Under the pieces are notes generated by a model, which had not been told where the DNA came from, searched no databases, and saw only the letters and a program-made list of their open reading frames with translations. The translations under genes were made by a program, and so were the position numbers. Below, piece after piece: positions 1-13,400 of a stretch of DNA of 64,000 nucleotides; position 1 is the stretch's first letter, and every line of letters starts with the position of its first letter. The DNA lies in contig OZ037766.1 in assembly GCA_964035545.1 (NCBI GenBank), positions 2,108,001 to 2,172,000 of the forward strand, in the 5' to 3' direction. This DNA comes from Bugula neritina (lineage: Eukaryota; Animalia; Bryozoa).

Positions 1-1309
1 CATCAAAGATATAAAACTGTTTCTTCAATTTAATTTCAAAGCTCAAACCGAAAGTTTAATTTTCGGGATAATTTAAAATTTGCATTACACATTTTCATTT
101 AGATATATTAATATGAATATCTTGAACAGAAATTATGTTTACTCACTTCCTCTGGGTAGTCTTGAAATATGCAGATACCTTTCAGATGGTACCTGCATAT
201 GATATTCTTCTTAACATTCTCACTCAATGGCATAACATAGACTTGAGCCATGGTTAGTGACAGAGCTTCTGCCTTTACTGTGGAAACTGCCGTGGGGTGG
301 AGTTTATATAGTAAGAAAATGGGGCCCCAGTCACCATCCAACCAATCAAATTTGAACTTTTCTACATGGTCCTGTTACTGGTTACTTCATTCTGCTCTTC
401 ATCCAATGAGTGCTATTGTTATGAAAAATTGCCTGGGAATAACTGTAGCTAGGTATAATGAACTCATTTACTAAAAGTACTCCTGCTTGTAGATCTCCAT
501 GCTTGTATAGACGGCTTTATTCAAATATTCATAAGTTAAACTCTTCCTTAGGAGAGTAGGTATGAAATTGGCGAATAATAATGGCTCTGGTGATAAATTT
601 CGTCCCAAAACTAAAGGCATCTCTCTATGGCATAAAATTAATATAAGCTTGTTAGTTTAAAACCTTACAAAGTTGAACAGGTGAAAATTGGCCCCTTTAA
701 AAAAAAAAAAAAAATTAAATTTGATTTACCCATTCAGATAAAAGTCTAAGCAGAATAATATTCACATTCATACATCATGTGAAAAGAGCATTCTATACTG
801 AAGTTATAAAAGCAAGAATAAATCTTATAAAAATCATTTGAAATTTACTTCATAGTCTTAATTAAAAAAATTTTATTTTAAATATAATACCTCTAAATTA
901 TTGCATATGTTTGCCATTTCTTTACATTATTCTATAGGTAGAAACATTTGTTAAGTATATAGAAGACTGAATTTTATGGAATTTTGACTCATTTTCAATA
1001 TAATATATTGGTGAAGTGTTTATGCAATGACTAAGTTTACATAACAGGTGTCACTATATACAGTGTGTCAACTATTAGTCTAATACTTTATAAACTCAAT
1101 TCTATCAGACGTGGATGACAAGTTTCCATAATATTTCGACACATAAACATATTAACTTTAATATTATATTTACAATATTTATTATATTTACTTTACGGTT
1201 AGCAACTAGATGTACATTCAGTATATCCAATATGGCTGATGGACTGCAGATATAATTCACATCTTAATACATGTCTGTATGGTTAGAATAATAGGTTGTA
1301 TTTTCATAA

Positions 1310-2875
1310 TTAGCTGAAATGATATAAATAATTTCTAAACAAAAAATATTAAAAATATATTTATTAAAATGATGTCACCCCCCCCCCCTTCCCATAGAAG
1401 CTAAGCTAAGTTTCCTGTAGACGATTCCCACATGGAAGCCTCCAAAATTTGAAGAAACAAAATAGAGAGGTTTTTAGATACTGTGGTAATCAATATTTTC
1501 AATAAACCTGAAATATTATTTGCATTAAAGATTATTTTTAAAAATAATGCAAATGAATTTACTGTTTGAGAAATGTATTATCACAAGAAAAGAAAACTTC
1601 TTATAACTAAAACTAGAATTTAAGACATAAGTTTGGTCATCACGCACCCCAGGCATTCCCCCATATAATTATTCGAAAGTTCCCCCTGTTCCAGCCATTT
1701 TCTCTTAAAGCTACTTTTTACAATCTCTTTTACATATAGAAAACTTTTTCTTGGAGTTTTACTTATTTACAGCACAAAATTAAACAATTGTATAAAAAGT
1801 AGTAGTCCTCCCTTCTACTAATAGTATTTTCTACTTTTGTTTGAAATGTTTCTAAACAGCAATTTAACACTGCCAACTTTAAAATGCAACAAAACCTTAG
1901 CTCACTTACCATAAAAGGGGAATCTTGAAACATACATGTGCCCTTCAGTGCATACTGGCAAATAGTTTCTTTCTTTGGAGAGAAGTTGGGGTGTTGAAGA
2001 TGATTGCTAGATAATTTATTACATATAATAAGATACAATGAAGTTGGATTTCTAAAAATTGGAATAATTTATTTTTTGTAGACACCAGCTGTGACCCTCC
2101 TACATAATGGACATGTTTGAGATCTTTGCATCCACCTCTGTATACACTAGAATCAGAGAAAAATAAGATACAATGAAATTTGATTTTTACTTCACTCTCT
2201 TCACTTTCAGAGAAAACATATACTTTCAGTATTTCAAAAAATATTAGTTACGATAGACTTCAGCATTATCTACAATTTTCTAACATTATTTATATCTTAA
2301 TGCATGCCTGGATGCTTAAAATAAAATATTTTATTTTTCCTGAAACAAAGTATTACAAATTAAAATAATATTAATAATTTCTAAGCAAAAAATATTAGGT
2401 ATCTTAATAGAAAATCTCTTTAATTTCAAAAAATTAAATAGATATATCTTGAATATTGTGGTAACTCATATTTTCAATGAACCTAAAACTTTTTTTGCAT
2501 TGTAACTTTTTTGAAAAAATAATGCAAATGCATTTACTGCTTGGACAAATTGATACATAGAAAATTTTTTTTTAAAAAGAAACTAGAATTTGATATCATA
2601 AGAACTTTTATAGTTTGTACTTTGAAATTTCTGAGTACTTAATTCATCAACTCTGTAACATAAATTTTTTTAGTTCATTCTATTCTATAAAACCTCTTTT
2701 ATCTTTATAAAGTTCAAATAAGACAACTGATGATTCTATGTTTGGTCATCACACACCTGGTTGATCTGACAGAAGAATTTTAATTGCTGGAGCTCACCCG
2801 GGTATTTCCACGATGTAGTTACTGGAAAGTTCTCTCTGCTTCAGCTATTTTCTCCTAAAGCTATGCTGTATTGTA
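1310..2875. repeat. Diverged local segmental duplication (~1310-1715 vs ~2365-2875)
   Basis: Shared collinear blocks: aaaataatgcaaatg, aaactagaattt, gtttggtcatcac and cagc(c/t)attttctc(t/c)taaagcta. The copied exon-like frame reads RKWLEQGELSNNY in one copy and RK*LKQRELSSNY in the other. Confidence 0.7.
2069..2146 (-). CDS. Terminal exon fragment encoding the C-terminal half of a RING finger (CIQRWMQRSQTCPLCRRVTAGVYKK*)
   Basis: Acceptor ttctctgattctag precedes TGT at 2146. The C-x3-W-x6-CPxCR pattern is the standard RING C-terminus. TAA at 2069-2071. Confidence 0.65.
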   Translation of the reverse strand, partial: CIQRWMQRSQTCPLCRRVTAGVYKK

Positions 2876-5800
2876 ACTCTCACTAAACTGTTATCCTATA
2901 ATTATAAGTATGATTGTTCAGATTACAATTAAGTTACCCTGGTCAGCTATGTGTATTTAAAGTAGCTCAGTCAGCTTGAATGGGCTTACATCTCTTTTAA
3001 GTTTGGAAAATAACTCACTTGAAAGAACCTAAAATTTTAATTAAATTAATTACACAACAAAATTTATATAATACTACAGTTTAGTTTTTAATATATATTG
3101 TGTTTTTTCAAATCAAAACCTTAAGAATTTATATTAGTTGGGTTTTTTAGTTAATGGGTCTTACACCACCTATATTTTTATACGATTAGTAGTAAAGTTT
3201 CAGAAGAAGCTTTTAAGGAGTGTTAGAATTTAGGTTTAATTTTTTTTCTAAGTATTTCTAATACTTGTTCTGCAAACTAAAATTGTTGATTAACTGAACC
3301 ACCATAAAGTCTTTAATCATAAATGAAGCTGGAAACACATTGCTTGTATTTCCTGCCTTGGTTAAACGTGCAACTTTTATTACCAGCTGTGATATCTTAC
3401 GTGGAGAATTGATAACAGATAAAGAATGTCTTGGCTTGTAATAGAAAACTTGAGATTTTCTATATTTGTACTTGGCAGAGATTAGCGAAAATGCAATAAA
3501 AATGCACAAATGTGGAAAATCTAGTTTTATAGCATTGCCATCTTTGAATTTTTTATGTTTCAAAGTTTTTTCATAATTTTACAAAAATATTGAAAAGCTA
3601 CATTAAGTATTTCCTCCAAACCACGCAGCTTTTTTTCTTCTTTATGTAACACACATCAACTCAATCAATTTAAATATATTTCTCAAGCTTATAAAACATG
3701 CAGCTATGCTTCGATAATTTCTCCCAAAATTTCAAATCAAGCTTGGAAGCCAGCCATTTTCCAGCCAAGGTAAAAACTAAAAAATTGCATCAGAAGATAG
3801 TTTCAAATAGTATAAAGAGTATTCCCAGGTGCTTGCAACCTCAAGTTCAAATAGTTGAGTCAATAGGTTCCGTTAAAGTCAGATAATTGCTTCAAACTGC
3901 TCAGCCATTACACCTAGCAATTAACTCAGGTAATTGTGCTTTTTGAAATAACTTGACAAGTGCTACTTGTCAAAATTTACTGAGTAAACTCAAGTTCATA
4001 TAATTGAGTCAACAATTGGACTCGGCTATTTTGCAGCTTAACTCAGATGTGGGGTAAGCCGTAAATTATTCTCTTCTGTACATCTGAAACGAGAATTTAC
4101 CATTCATCTAGCTGGAAGCAGCTCACCTTATAATTAATTAAATTACAGGCTACCATTATATCCTTTTGAATGTTTAACCTGTCCAAAGCCAGATGTAGGT
4201 TAACAGCAAGTTGAGACTACAAATAGAACTTCTGTTGATATTCATGAGAATTGCAGTTTTTAGCCATTTCTTACCTGAACCATATAGAAAAATATTCTTG
4301 CTAACTCAAAGCAAACTTTTCTCTTATGATAAAAATAAGTATAATTTTTGTATATAATTCAACTCAGCCGTTGAAAACACCTGCTTAAAAGCCATTTTTC
4401 TATGAAAGAATAATTGTTTCAATATTTATTCTGCTTAAAATTCCTGTATAATTTTGTTTATGTTATTCTTCTTGTTCCTATCTAAATGGAGAAATGTTTT
4501 GTGAATTGAAGCAGTTGTTTTTTGATATTGTGCTGCTTACGAAATCACAATGTCAACAAAATTTAATTTTCTCAGATGCATATACTAAAGGGCCAAACTC
4601 ACAGCCTGTTACTACAGGCTTTGATGCTAAACAATAACCCATTCAAGCTGCAACAACAAATAACTACTAAGCTGGCAGTTACGCAATAGTAGACCTTATG
4701 CTGCAAAACTGTACCAGGTCATTTTTGTAGACGTGCAAATTTTAATTGCATTTTATAAACACTTAATTTCGACATTTTAAAAAATCATTTCAAGAGTCAT
4801 CAATTTAAGATATGAAATTAAATAATGCATGAAACAAAAGTTGCACAACTAGCTTTTAGAAGCATGCATTTTGCATTTGAACTTGCAGAATTTTATATCA
4901 ATTACAATGGTAGAACATTGACCTGGTACACTTTGCTGATTGGCTGAGTTTTACATGGTCTATTATGTTATATGCTGAGTTAATAGCCTTTATTATATTA
5001 TGTCTACAGCTACAAATTCAGGAAAAGGTAACTCCAAGTTATATTAATATTATAATTAACATATATTGTACAAATACTACAATACATTTCAAAATAAGAA
5101 ATAAGATCTTAGTAGTAAAAAAGTGGCTTTAAAATGCTGCAGACTTGATCAAAAGGTATTTTTAAATGCTAATCTTTTTTATTTGAAAGCTTTCTTCAAA
5201 AGCTGAGTCTATCCTGATGAACATTAGAACTATAGTTACTCTGCTGGACTGTAACACTTTATTGCTAGTCTGCAGAGGTTCTCACATGCAGCTTCTGGTG
5301 GCTCAGATGTGTTGATTACAGTTGTCTTTCCCCTCAATTGTTCTTCTGACAGATATATAAAAACTTCCTTGATACTTGAGCTATAAGTAATTCTGACTGT
5401 AATACTTTTGGTGTTGGTCATTGCCCGTTAGTTTCTCTTGCAGTTTCTCCCGGAACAGGCTTATTGCTGTGAGTTGATCTCTACTTTGAGAACTTGGCTG
5501 TACAGAATTTCCCCAGGTGACTAAAGTTTGATATAGACTATTTCACTTCACTGAGACAAAGCCAAGAACAAAGTGTAGGTATGTCAAACATATTAGAGTT
5601 TTCTTCCCATGATTATTTAACACTTTGCTATTGTATGGTAAAAACTGTACTATATGAACCAGTCACTGCATGTCACTGTCAAGTGTGTCACTGTATACTT
5701 AATGCATGTGCTGTAAATTAATTTATACAACTGTGTTTACTTATAGTGGTAAGGTGGCTGCAGAGAGCTCTAAAGGACTACCACATGAATATATTGGAGA

Positions 5801-7427
5801 CTGATGTAGACATCATAGCAGATTCCCTGCTTTTGTTTCCTTCCTTTTTTAATGTGCATATGTAATGTTGATTTATATTATTAGTCAATGGGAATCTTGT
5901 AGTATAGTAATAAACAGTATAAAATGGCTGCTTCAATTTACAGCTCTAACTAGGTGTGCAAGTGTATTCCAACAAATCACTGATGTTTAAAAGTTTCCCA
6001 TATTTAATTTGATGCAGTGTTTTTGGGCTAACTTTATAATTGATTACTAATTAACAATTATATACCTAAGTAGGTAAAATGATTATACTTGTTTCTGTCA
6101 TTGGATTGTGCTCTTATTAAATTATTTTTGCAAAACAGAATAAAGTTAGTTTATATGGCATTTTATCTTTTTTTTTGCAAAATTATGAAGCATTTATGTG
6201 ATAATCAACAAATAAAAGAATAATTTTTTTAATTGTTTCCTTACATGGGACATCTTTGCCCAAATGAACCCACAAAATATGCAAAGAAAATATACACTTA
6301 GAAAATAACAGCAAAGGGAACTATCACAATAATTAGTATTAAGTACATAAGTAGACTAGGTTGAAATAAGTCTAACAATAACTTTTGAGTCATAATACTA
6401 ACAACAGAAATTAGCACTCAATAATAGATACTAAATAACTATTAATATATTGAAATACAAGTCAAACAGATACTTTTGAATCATAATAATGCTACTTGCT
6501 GCATGGCTCTTCTGTGATACTGCTGGGTCTTGTATCTTCCACCACCTTTGTTTCGGCATGTTGAGTTTTTTCCAACATTTCATTTTTGACCAAATATAAC
6601 AAAACAAACCAATATTCTTTGCCTTCTTTACTTATGAGCAGCTGGAAAATTATTTTGGTTCATGAACTGCCAGTCCATGCATCGTGAGCAGTCTATATGT
6701 GGCTTGTATTTAGTCTTATAACAAAGTAATTTGCATCTCCCAACTGCAACTCATATTTTATTAGAGAACATATATGGGAATTTTAAACACTGTATTTCTT
6801 CCTTTTTTGTATGCTACCTGTAGTCTAGTAATTAGAGCACCTGTATTGTATGCCACATGTGCTCTAGGTTGACATCTTGTCAAACAAGAGGGGCAACTTC
6901 TCAAATTACATTGCTGCAGTATGAACACTGTTTAGAAACTGCTACAAGATTTTCACTTTAAACGTAAATATGTTTATTTCCAAAAATTTTAAAATATTAT
7001 AATTTATATTGTTGCTATACAAGGTAACCAATAAAAAGTTTGGCAGTCTATAAATGATATATTCATCAATTCCAAAAACTAGGTATTTACATATCTGTGC
7101 AAGTTATTGGTGACATTTGTTCTATTATATACAGTGTGTGTTGCAATAGAATATAATTAGTTGTTATTAAATAGCACTAAATATAACAATGCAAAGCATT
7201 ATAAAAATAATAAAAAAATACATTGTTATCAACATAATTTTGAGCAACCATGTAATAGTAAGTAGCAACATTACTATAAATTTAGTCAATTGATGAAAAG
7301 TCCATTTTCTAGGCAGATTGTAATAAATTAACAATGATTTATCTTGACTCAAAATTATTTATAAACATTCATAGAAAAATAGAAGTGAAAGGATTAACAC
7401 AATGCATTAGTCTGTAGAATCTCTATT

Positions 7428-10400
7428 CTATGCATCACTAGTCTCACTCATGAGTATTGAGCTCTGATCCTCGTACAACGGGTTGTTGTATTGGTTTGGT
7501 GACAAATCATTGAAGTCATCATGCAGGTCCAGTGGAAGACGGTTTAGGCGCCGTGATTTTTTCCTGTAACAAATTCAAATTATTTGATAAAGTTACATTT
7601 TTATCTTTTTAAATTGTTTCGTAATACAATTGAAATACTCTGAATCAAAATAAATTAAATATAGGTTTTGCAGTTTATGTATATCCTAGTATATTGCTTG
7701 TTATTACAGCAACAATAAACTCATTGCTGTAGAGTGTAGATTGTTATGGCAAAATTTATTCTAAGATTATGAGGCAATAATATGATTTGCTAATTACTGT
7801 ATAACATAATTATGAACATGATAAATAAAGAGGACAACTCTAATTACCTTCTGATGAAACACACCACTGCTGCTATTACTAGTATTAAAACTACTAGTCC
7901 ACTGATACAGCTCACAATGATCTCTATAATAAATAAAATATATCATATTATTTAGTCAGTTGCTAGCACAATTTATCTTTGTTTTTTATTTAGTTACTTA
8001 CTACATATACGTATAGTTGTATATAGCTAGCCAATATGCACCTGATAAAAAATTAAACAAATTGTAGAATTCCATTCTAATATTTGTAATTCCAATTGTT
8101 TCAATTTTGACTAAACTGAGTCATGCATAACTCAGTTTTGTAATCTTTGGAGTTATGAACCCAGTTTACCATTATTATAGCACATAGGTTCCTGGTTGCA
8201 AAAGCAGAAGTGTAATCAAAACTCAAAAAATTTTAAAAAGAATCATGTTAAAGTCTATTGCTTCAAATCAATACCTATAGTTGGTTATAAAAATGTAGTT
8301 GTGATTATATAGAGGTGACAACTCTATATTCCTAAATTTACTCACCATGTAGGAATGCCATGTTAGTGGAGTTACCTCCCTGCTGTTTTCCTGTGTTACC
8401 TAAAATGTTTATCAGTAATTAGCTTGTTTAATTTTGTGAAGCCCACTATATTTTAAGTTTTTGCAAATATCGTGATGGCAGCATTTGAAACAAAACAATA
8501 ATATTTTACATTCACATTGAACAGCACTATATTATTTTCAGTCAAAGATAATGCTGCTCTACATATAATAAATAAAAACGAATGTGAAGAAGGTGTGACA
8601 GAAAAAAAAAACAAACTCACCTATTTTTCCTGCTACAGGTTTATCTGTTGATTTGACGCCAGACTTTGTTGGCTTTTGACCAGGTAGAGAAACAGAAGGT
8701 CTAGTACCTTTGCTTGGCTCTGTCGGCAGTGAAGGAACTTTGGACACAACAGTTGAGGTTTCTGCATGGGATGGTGGAGTTACAGAACTAGACACTGAGT
8801 CTGTCGGAGTTGGTGAAGTCATATCTGTTGAACTTTGTTGAGTGGAATTGCGTGCTCTCGCTGTAGTTGTGGCGTGAGATGACACAGAATCCGTGTGACT
8901 TGTACTAGCGGACACTTCTGTGCTAGTAAGTTGTTGAGTAGAACTTGTAGTTGGGAGAGGGGTTGCAGTACTGCGTGTAGAGAGGTCTGTGTGCGAACTA
9001 GGTTTAGTCTCACTTGACGTTGGAGGCACTGATGAAACATTACTTATAGTTGTAGAACTTACTAGAATTGTAGACCATTCAGTGCTTGGACGGTCAGATG
9101 GTTGTAGTCTTTCTGTAGTAGTTGTTAGAGCTTGTGTTGTAATGGGCATTGTAATTGATTCAGTGGATGTGACAGTGGGTGTGGTAGTTGGTGTGGTAGT
9201 GGGTGTAGTGGTAGTAGTAGTAGTAGTAGTAGTTGTTGGTGTGGTAGTAGTAGTAGTTGGTGTGGTGGTAGTAGTTGTAGTTGGTGTGGTGGTGGTAGTA
9301 GTCGGTGTGGTAGTAGTTGTAGTTGGTGTGGTGGTTGGTGTGGTAGTTGGTGTAGTAGGTGTGGTAGTAGTTGTAGTAGGTGTGGTAGTAGTTGTAGTTG
9401 GTGTGGTAGTAGTTGTAGTTGGTGTGGTGGTGGTAGTAGTAGTTGGTGTGGTAGTAGTTGTAGTTGGTGTGGTGGTGGTAGTAGTAGTTGGTGTGGTAGT
9501 TGGTGTAGTAGGTGTGGTAGTAGTTGTAGTAGGTGTGGTAGTAGTTGTAGTAGGTGTGGTGGTAGTAGTAGTAGGTGTGGTGGTAGTAGTAGTTGGTGTG
9601 GTGGTAGGTGGACTATAATCTGAAACAAACATAATTATTTACAGGTTTTAAAAAAAAGTTTATTTCTTTTTTTTACAATTAAATATTAAAATTTAACAAA
9701 ATGTGTTTAAAATAAGCAATTACTTTACTTATTCTACATGACAACAAACAAAGATTATGTGCGAACAATAGTGGTATATGAGCTTTCTATGACATAATGG
9801 AAACCACTAGCAAGATCACATGTACCCCACATTCACACTTGCCGTAACGTAAAATATCAGCCATTTTTGATGTGAAGTTTTCAAAATCCGCTATTAGGTA
9901 CAATCTATGACACTTCATTGGACAATTATATCCAATGAGTTGCCGAAACAGCTTTTCTGTCCAATAGAAGCTCCCCAAAACTCGTTTGAATCAAACAATG
10001 CTTGATCCTAATGCTGTACAGGAAGCTCAAACATTTGTAAAAATGGCTGATGTTTGCTGTTACGGCGCACGGTACGGCAAGTGTAAATGAGGGGTGAGCG
10101 CTCATTCACACTTTTTTTAATCAAGCAATGCTTGATCCTAACGTACTACAATGCCATTTTACGTTACAGCCTAAGGTGCAGCAATAGTTTGTCTATAGGG
10201 GGGTTAGACAAAGCATAGCTCACCATATTCGCATATGAAGTAGTAGTGATACTTGGATGAAGAACATGGGTAATCCATCCACTTGTAATTCTGTCCTGTT
10301 CTAAGAATAGCACAGTCTGTATGTCTGCAGAAGATAGGGCACCTGTTGTCAGGCTGACCAGGTGCCCAGTTAGTAAAGCTCATGGGGGCACCTGCAAACA

Positions 10401-13400
10401 CATAGTATACTTGTAGTGACATTTGAAGTCTTGCTTGTTGTGACACTAATTCGTAAATGAAAAGCTTTAAGACACAGAATTAAAACTGAAATATAGTGTG
10501 TATACTGAAATAAACTTTGATGATTTTAGTGTATTATTATAAAGCCACTTCTAAGTTATAAATAGGCAATCTATTTGCTCATTTAAATATTGTGCTAGAG
10601 TTTTGTTATTCTTATAACACATTTTACACCTATAAACTGCAGTTTCAAATTTGTTACAGGTACAATATATTTTTAACTTAAGTAATAACTAAAAAAAATA
10701 AAATAGGTGTTTTTCAAGAGTTGATTTTTTTTATAAATATTAATTTTGATTCCATATTAATTGCACAATCATAAAATTATCTCAATTATTATATCAAAAA
10801 TATTAGGCCAGTAGCTTAGCTATGCTAATTTGTGCAGGACATGTGTGCATGCTGATTCTTTTCAACTTGCTCAAAGTATTACGTAATGCTTCATTAAATA
10901 GATGTTTAAACATTTATTTGATACCTTATAAAACATCAAAAAAAATTTCTCCTCTATTTAATAATTAGTTCAATTGTATATGTAATTATATATTTAGTGC
11001 AGTAAGTGTATTGTATAGTTAATATTTCCCCTTCAGAATAGTATGTTAATGGCTACTTAAATAAATAAAATCTAATCTGATAGATGACTGTATCCCCTTT
11101 CAAGGGTGCTCTGATATCTAATTATCAGTAGGATAGACTGATAGTCAAGTGATCAGCAATTACTCTTGAAATCTCATGTATATTAGAGATAACCAGTCGA
11201 AGGTTGTACATAACTAAATAATAGTAGGTGAGTATAAAATACCCTTAAGAAATTTGAACAATGGAACAATCATAGCATTATAACATTCTCTACAATTTAC
11301 TGAGCACTAAAAAATTTAGAACTTTGATGATCAATAAATTCAAAAAAGCTGTTTTGTGGTTTGAATTATATAGAAAATATTATATAGATTTGAATTGCAA
11401 AATTTATGTTCAATTTATTGCTTAACCTTTTGACTCTAATATATTTTTGTAAAACTCAGAGAAACATTTCTTGTTTGGCACAGATGAGTAAAAGGCACAA
11501 TCTACATTTAAAATATAAAGTAACCATAACTTTGACTTGTTTTGGTGTTGCGACGTGTATTTTGACAAGTGAAGCCCAATAGCTTTCAAACAAAAAATCT
11601 GGTTATATGGGGGGGGAGACAAGATTCATCTGCTCTATAAAAATTAGTGACTACCAAACTTAGCATAAATCCTACAGAATCTACATGACCAACTTACCGG
11701 AGTCCCATCTCCAGGCACCCTCACTGTTTCTGTCATTGGCTCCAATCCAGTAACCATTTTTACCAAACCCAATGCTCTGTATTTTCCCCACCAAATACTG
11801 CTGAATAGCCCAACTTCCTACCTAAACACACGAGAATAGAATGTTATAACTGTATGCAGAAAATATAGACTATTAGTAATGATTCACTCAATAAACTCAT
11901 TAGCTGTCAATATATGCAAATGGAAATAAAAGTTAAAGTATTATAATATAGTGTAAGAGTTGTCTGCCCAAGATGATCGCCATGAGCTGTTAACTGTATT
12001 TGGCCTCGAATCAAACTGATCACATGACTTGAGAATTAGAGAATGATAACCTTCTCACCTATGACTCATAATTTAAGCCATCAACAATGGCCACGTAAGA
12101 AAGTCCTATACTATACAATAATACGTCAGCCCTCATACTTAGAGTATGGCTGCCCTTGTGTAACATAATAACTTTTATGATAGTATATACTGAAATGATG
12201 TATAATATTTTATGAATTAAAGACATTACAGTATGTGCTGCTGTACATGCTGTTATTATATGATGGAATTGCATATATATTACAAGGCAGCAAGTCACAT
12301 GACCGAGTGACATCAGGTTGGCACATGGGTTGATTGTCTCAAAAATGCAGCATCTGTTGACCAACTGAGAACGTGTTTGAGTACAGCAATGCAGGCGTTG
12401 ATGGGTAGCAATACTTGAATACAACTTTCGATTACCTTCAGCTTTTTATCAGCTACAGCTCGCAAGTAATTGATAAATACTGTTTATGTTTAGCTATTGA
12501 CTGGGAAACTCATTTGCACACTGGTCACAACATGAGAAAATAAGCTTAACTTGATACTAAAAGTTTAATTTAATTTTATAATCATAGGCTGACACCAAAA
12601 ATAACTGTTTATAATTTGAATTGCAATTTCTATATTACTCATAGGCATAATTTGTTTCATTTAAAAAAATTATATGTGCAAGTTATTTAAAATTGGCATG
12701 TTTATCTTGAACTACATACAGAAAGATCATGCATGCAACCATTTTAGAATTGTTATGCATATCATAGGTTTAAAGCTATTTGATACATTTTCTTGGTTGT
12801 GAGCTGAGAGAACCTGCTACTGAGGAAAGTGCGGTGATGGAGAAAGGAAGAAAAGCCTGTGCTTTAAATTATTAACATATTAAAACAAGTTACCTTATCG
12901 AAATGAATCTCAACCCAGAATAAAGTTTAATAAAGTAATAAAAGAATTTAGGCTATTAAAATGTCTCCACATACTGCTCTTAATTGATGCTGCAGTGAAT
13001 AATATTCAGAGAAGATTGATGCTGTTGATTGATACATTGAATATTTCTTATTTTAATTAAATATTGCGAGCCTATAGGTACGGAGGAGATAATTCCCAAA
13101 CACTAAAAACAAAAGATGCTTCTATTGACCCTAATGGGAGAACCTACAACTGCATAAATAGAAACCAGGCATGAAACAACAACCCCAACTTCCTGCTATT
13201 GAACTCTTTATAATAGACTTCTGAAGTTGTCTTACTATAATAATATATTTAGTAATTACAGGTTACAGATGTGCAGCTACTCACTGTAACCATGTGACCT
13301 TGGTGACCTGCACAGTAGGTGTTAGCCTCTGTCCAGTATCTCTCAGTGTCAACGAAATGGTAGCATTTGCCAAACCGAGGCTCTGCGTACAGATAGCCAC

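Larger units (their letters stand above)
147..5421 (-). pseudogene. Decayed, partly duplicated Zn-finger/RING E3-ligase-like locus (possibly TTC3/DZIP3-like); may continue beyond the window start
   Basis: Exon-like fragments with splice sites on the minus strand. Two paralogous Cys-containing exons end at GT donors: KKNIICRYHLKGICIFQDYPEE|gtgagt (ends 147) and PKKETICQYALKGTCMFQDSPFM|gtaagt (1910-2006). A RING C-terminal exon reads CIQRWMQRSQTCPLCRR (2069-2146). An ORF at 5236-5421 contains VFIYLSEEQLRG...ACENLCRLAIKCY. Coding-like stretches at ~350-625, ~2600-2900 and ~3260-4130 are interrupted by in-frame stops. The TTC3 resemblance comes from recalled motifs, not a search. Confidence 0.45.

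Noticed and set aside
8989-9628. 209-aa poly-Val ORF (+) and 167-aa Leu/Pro/His ORF (-)
   Set aside because: Shadow frames of the mucin repeat exon.
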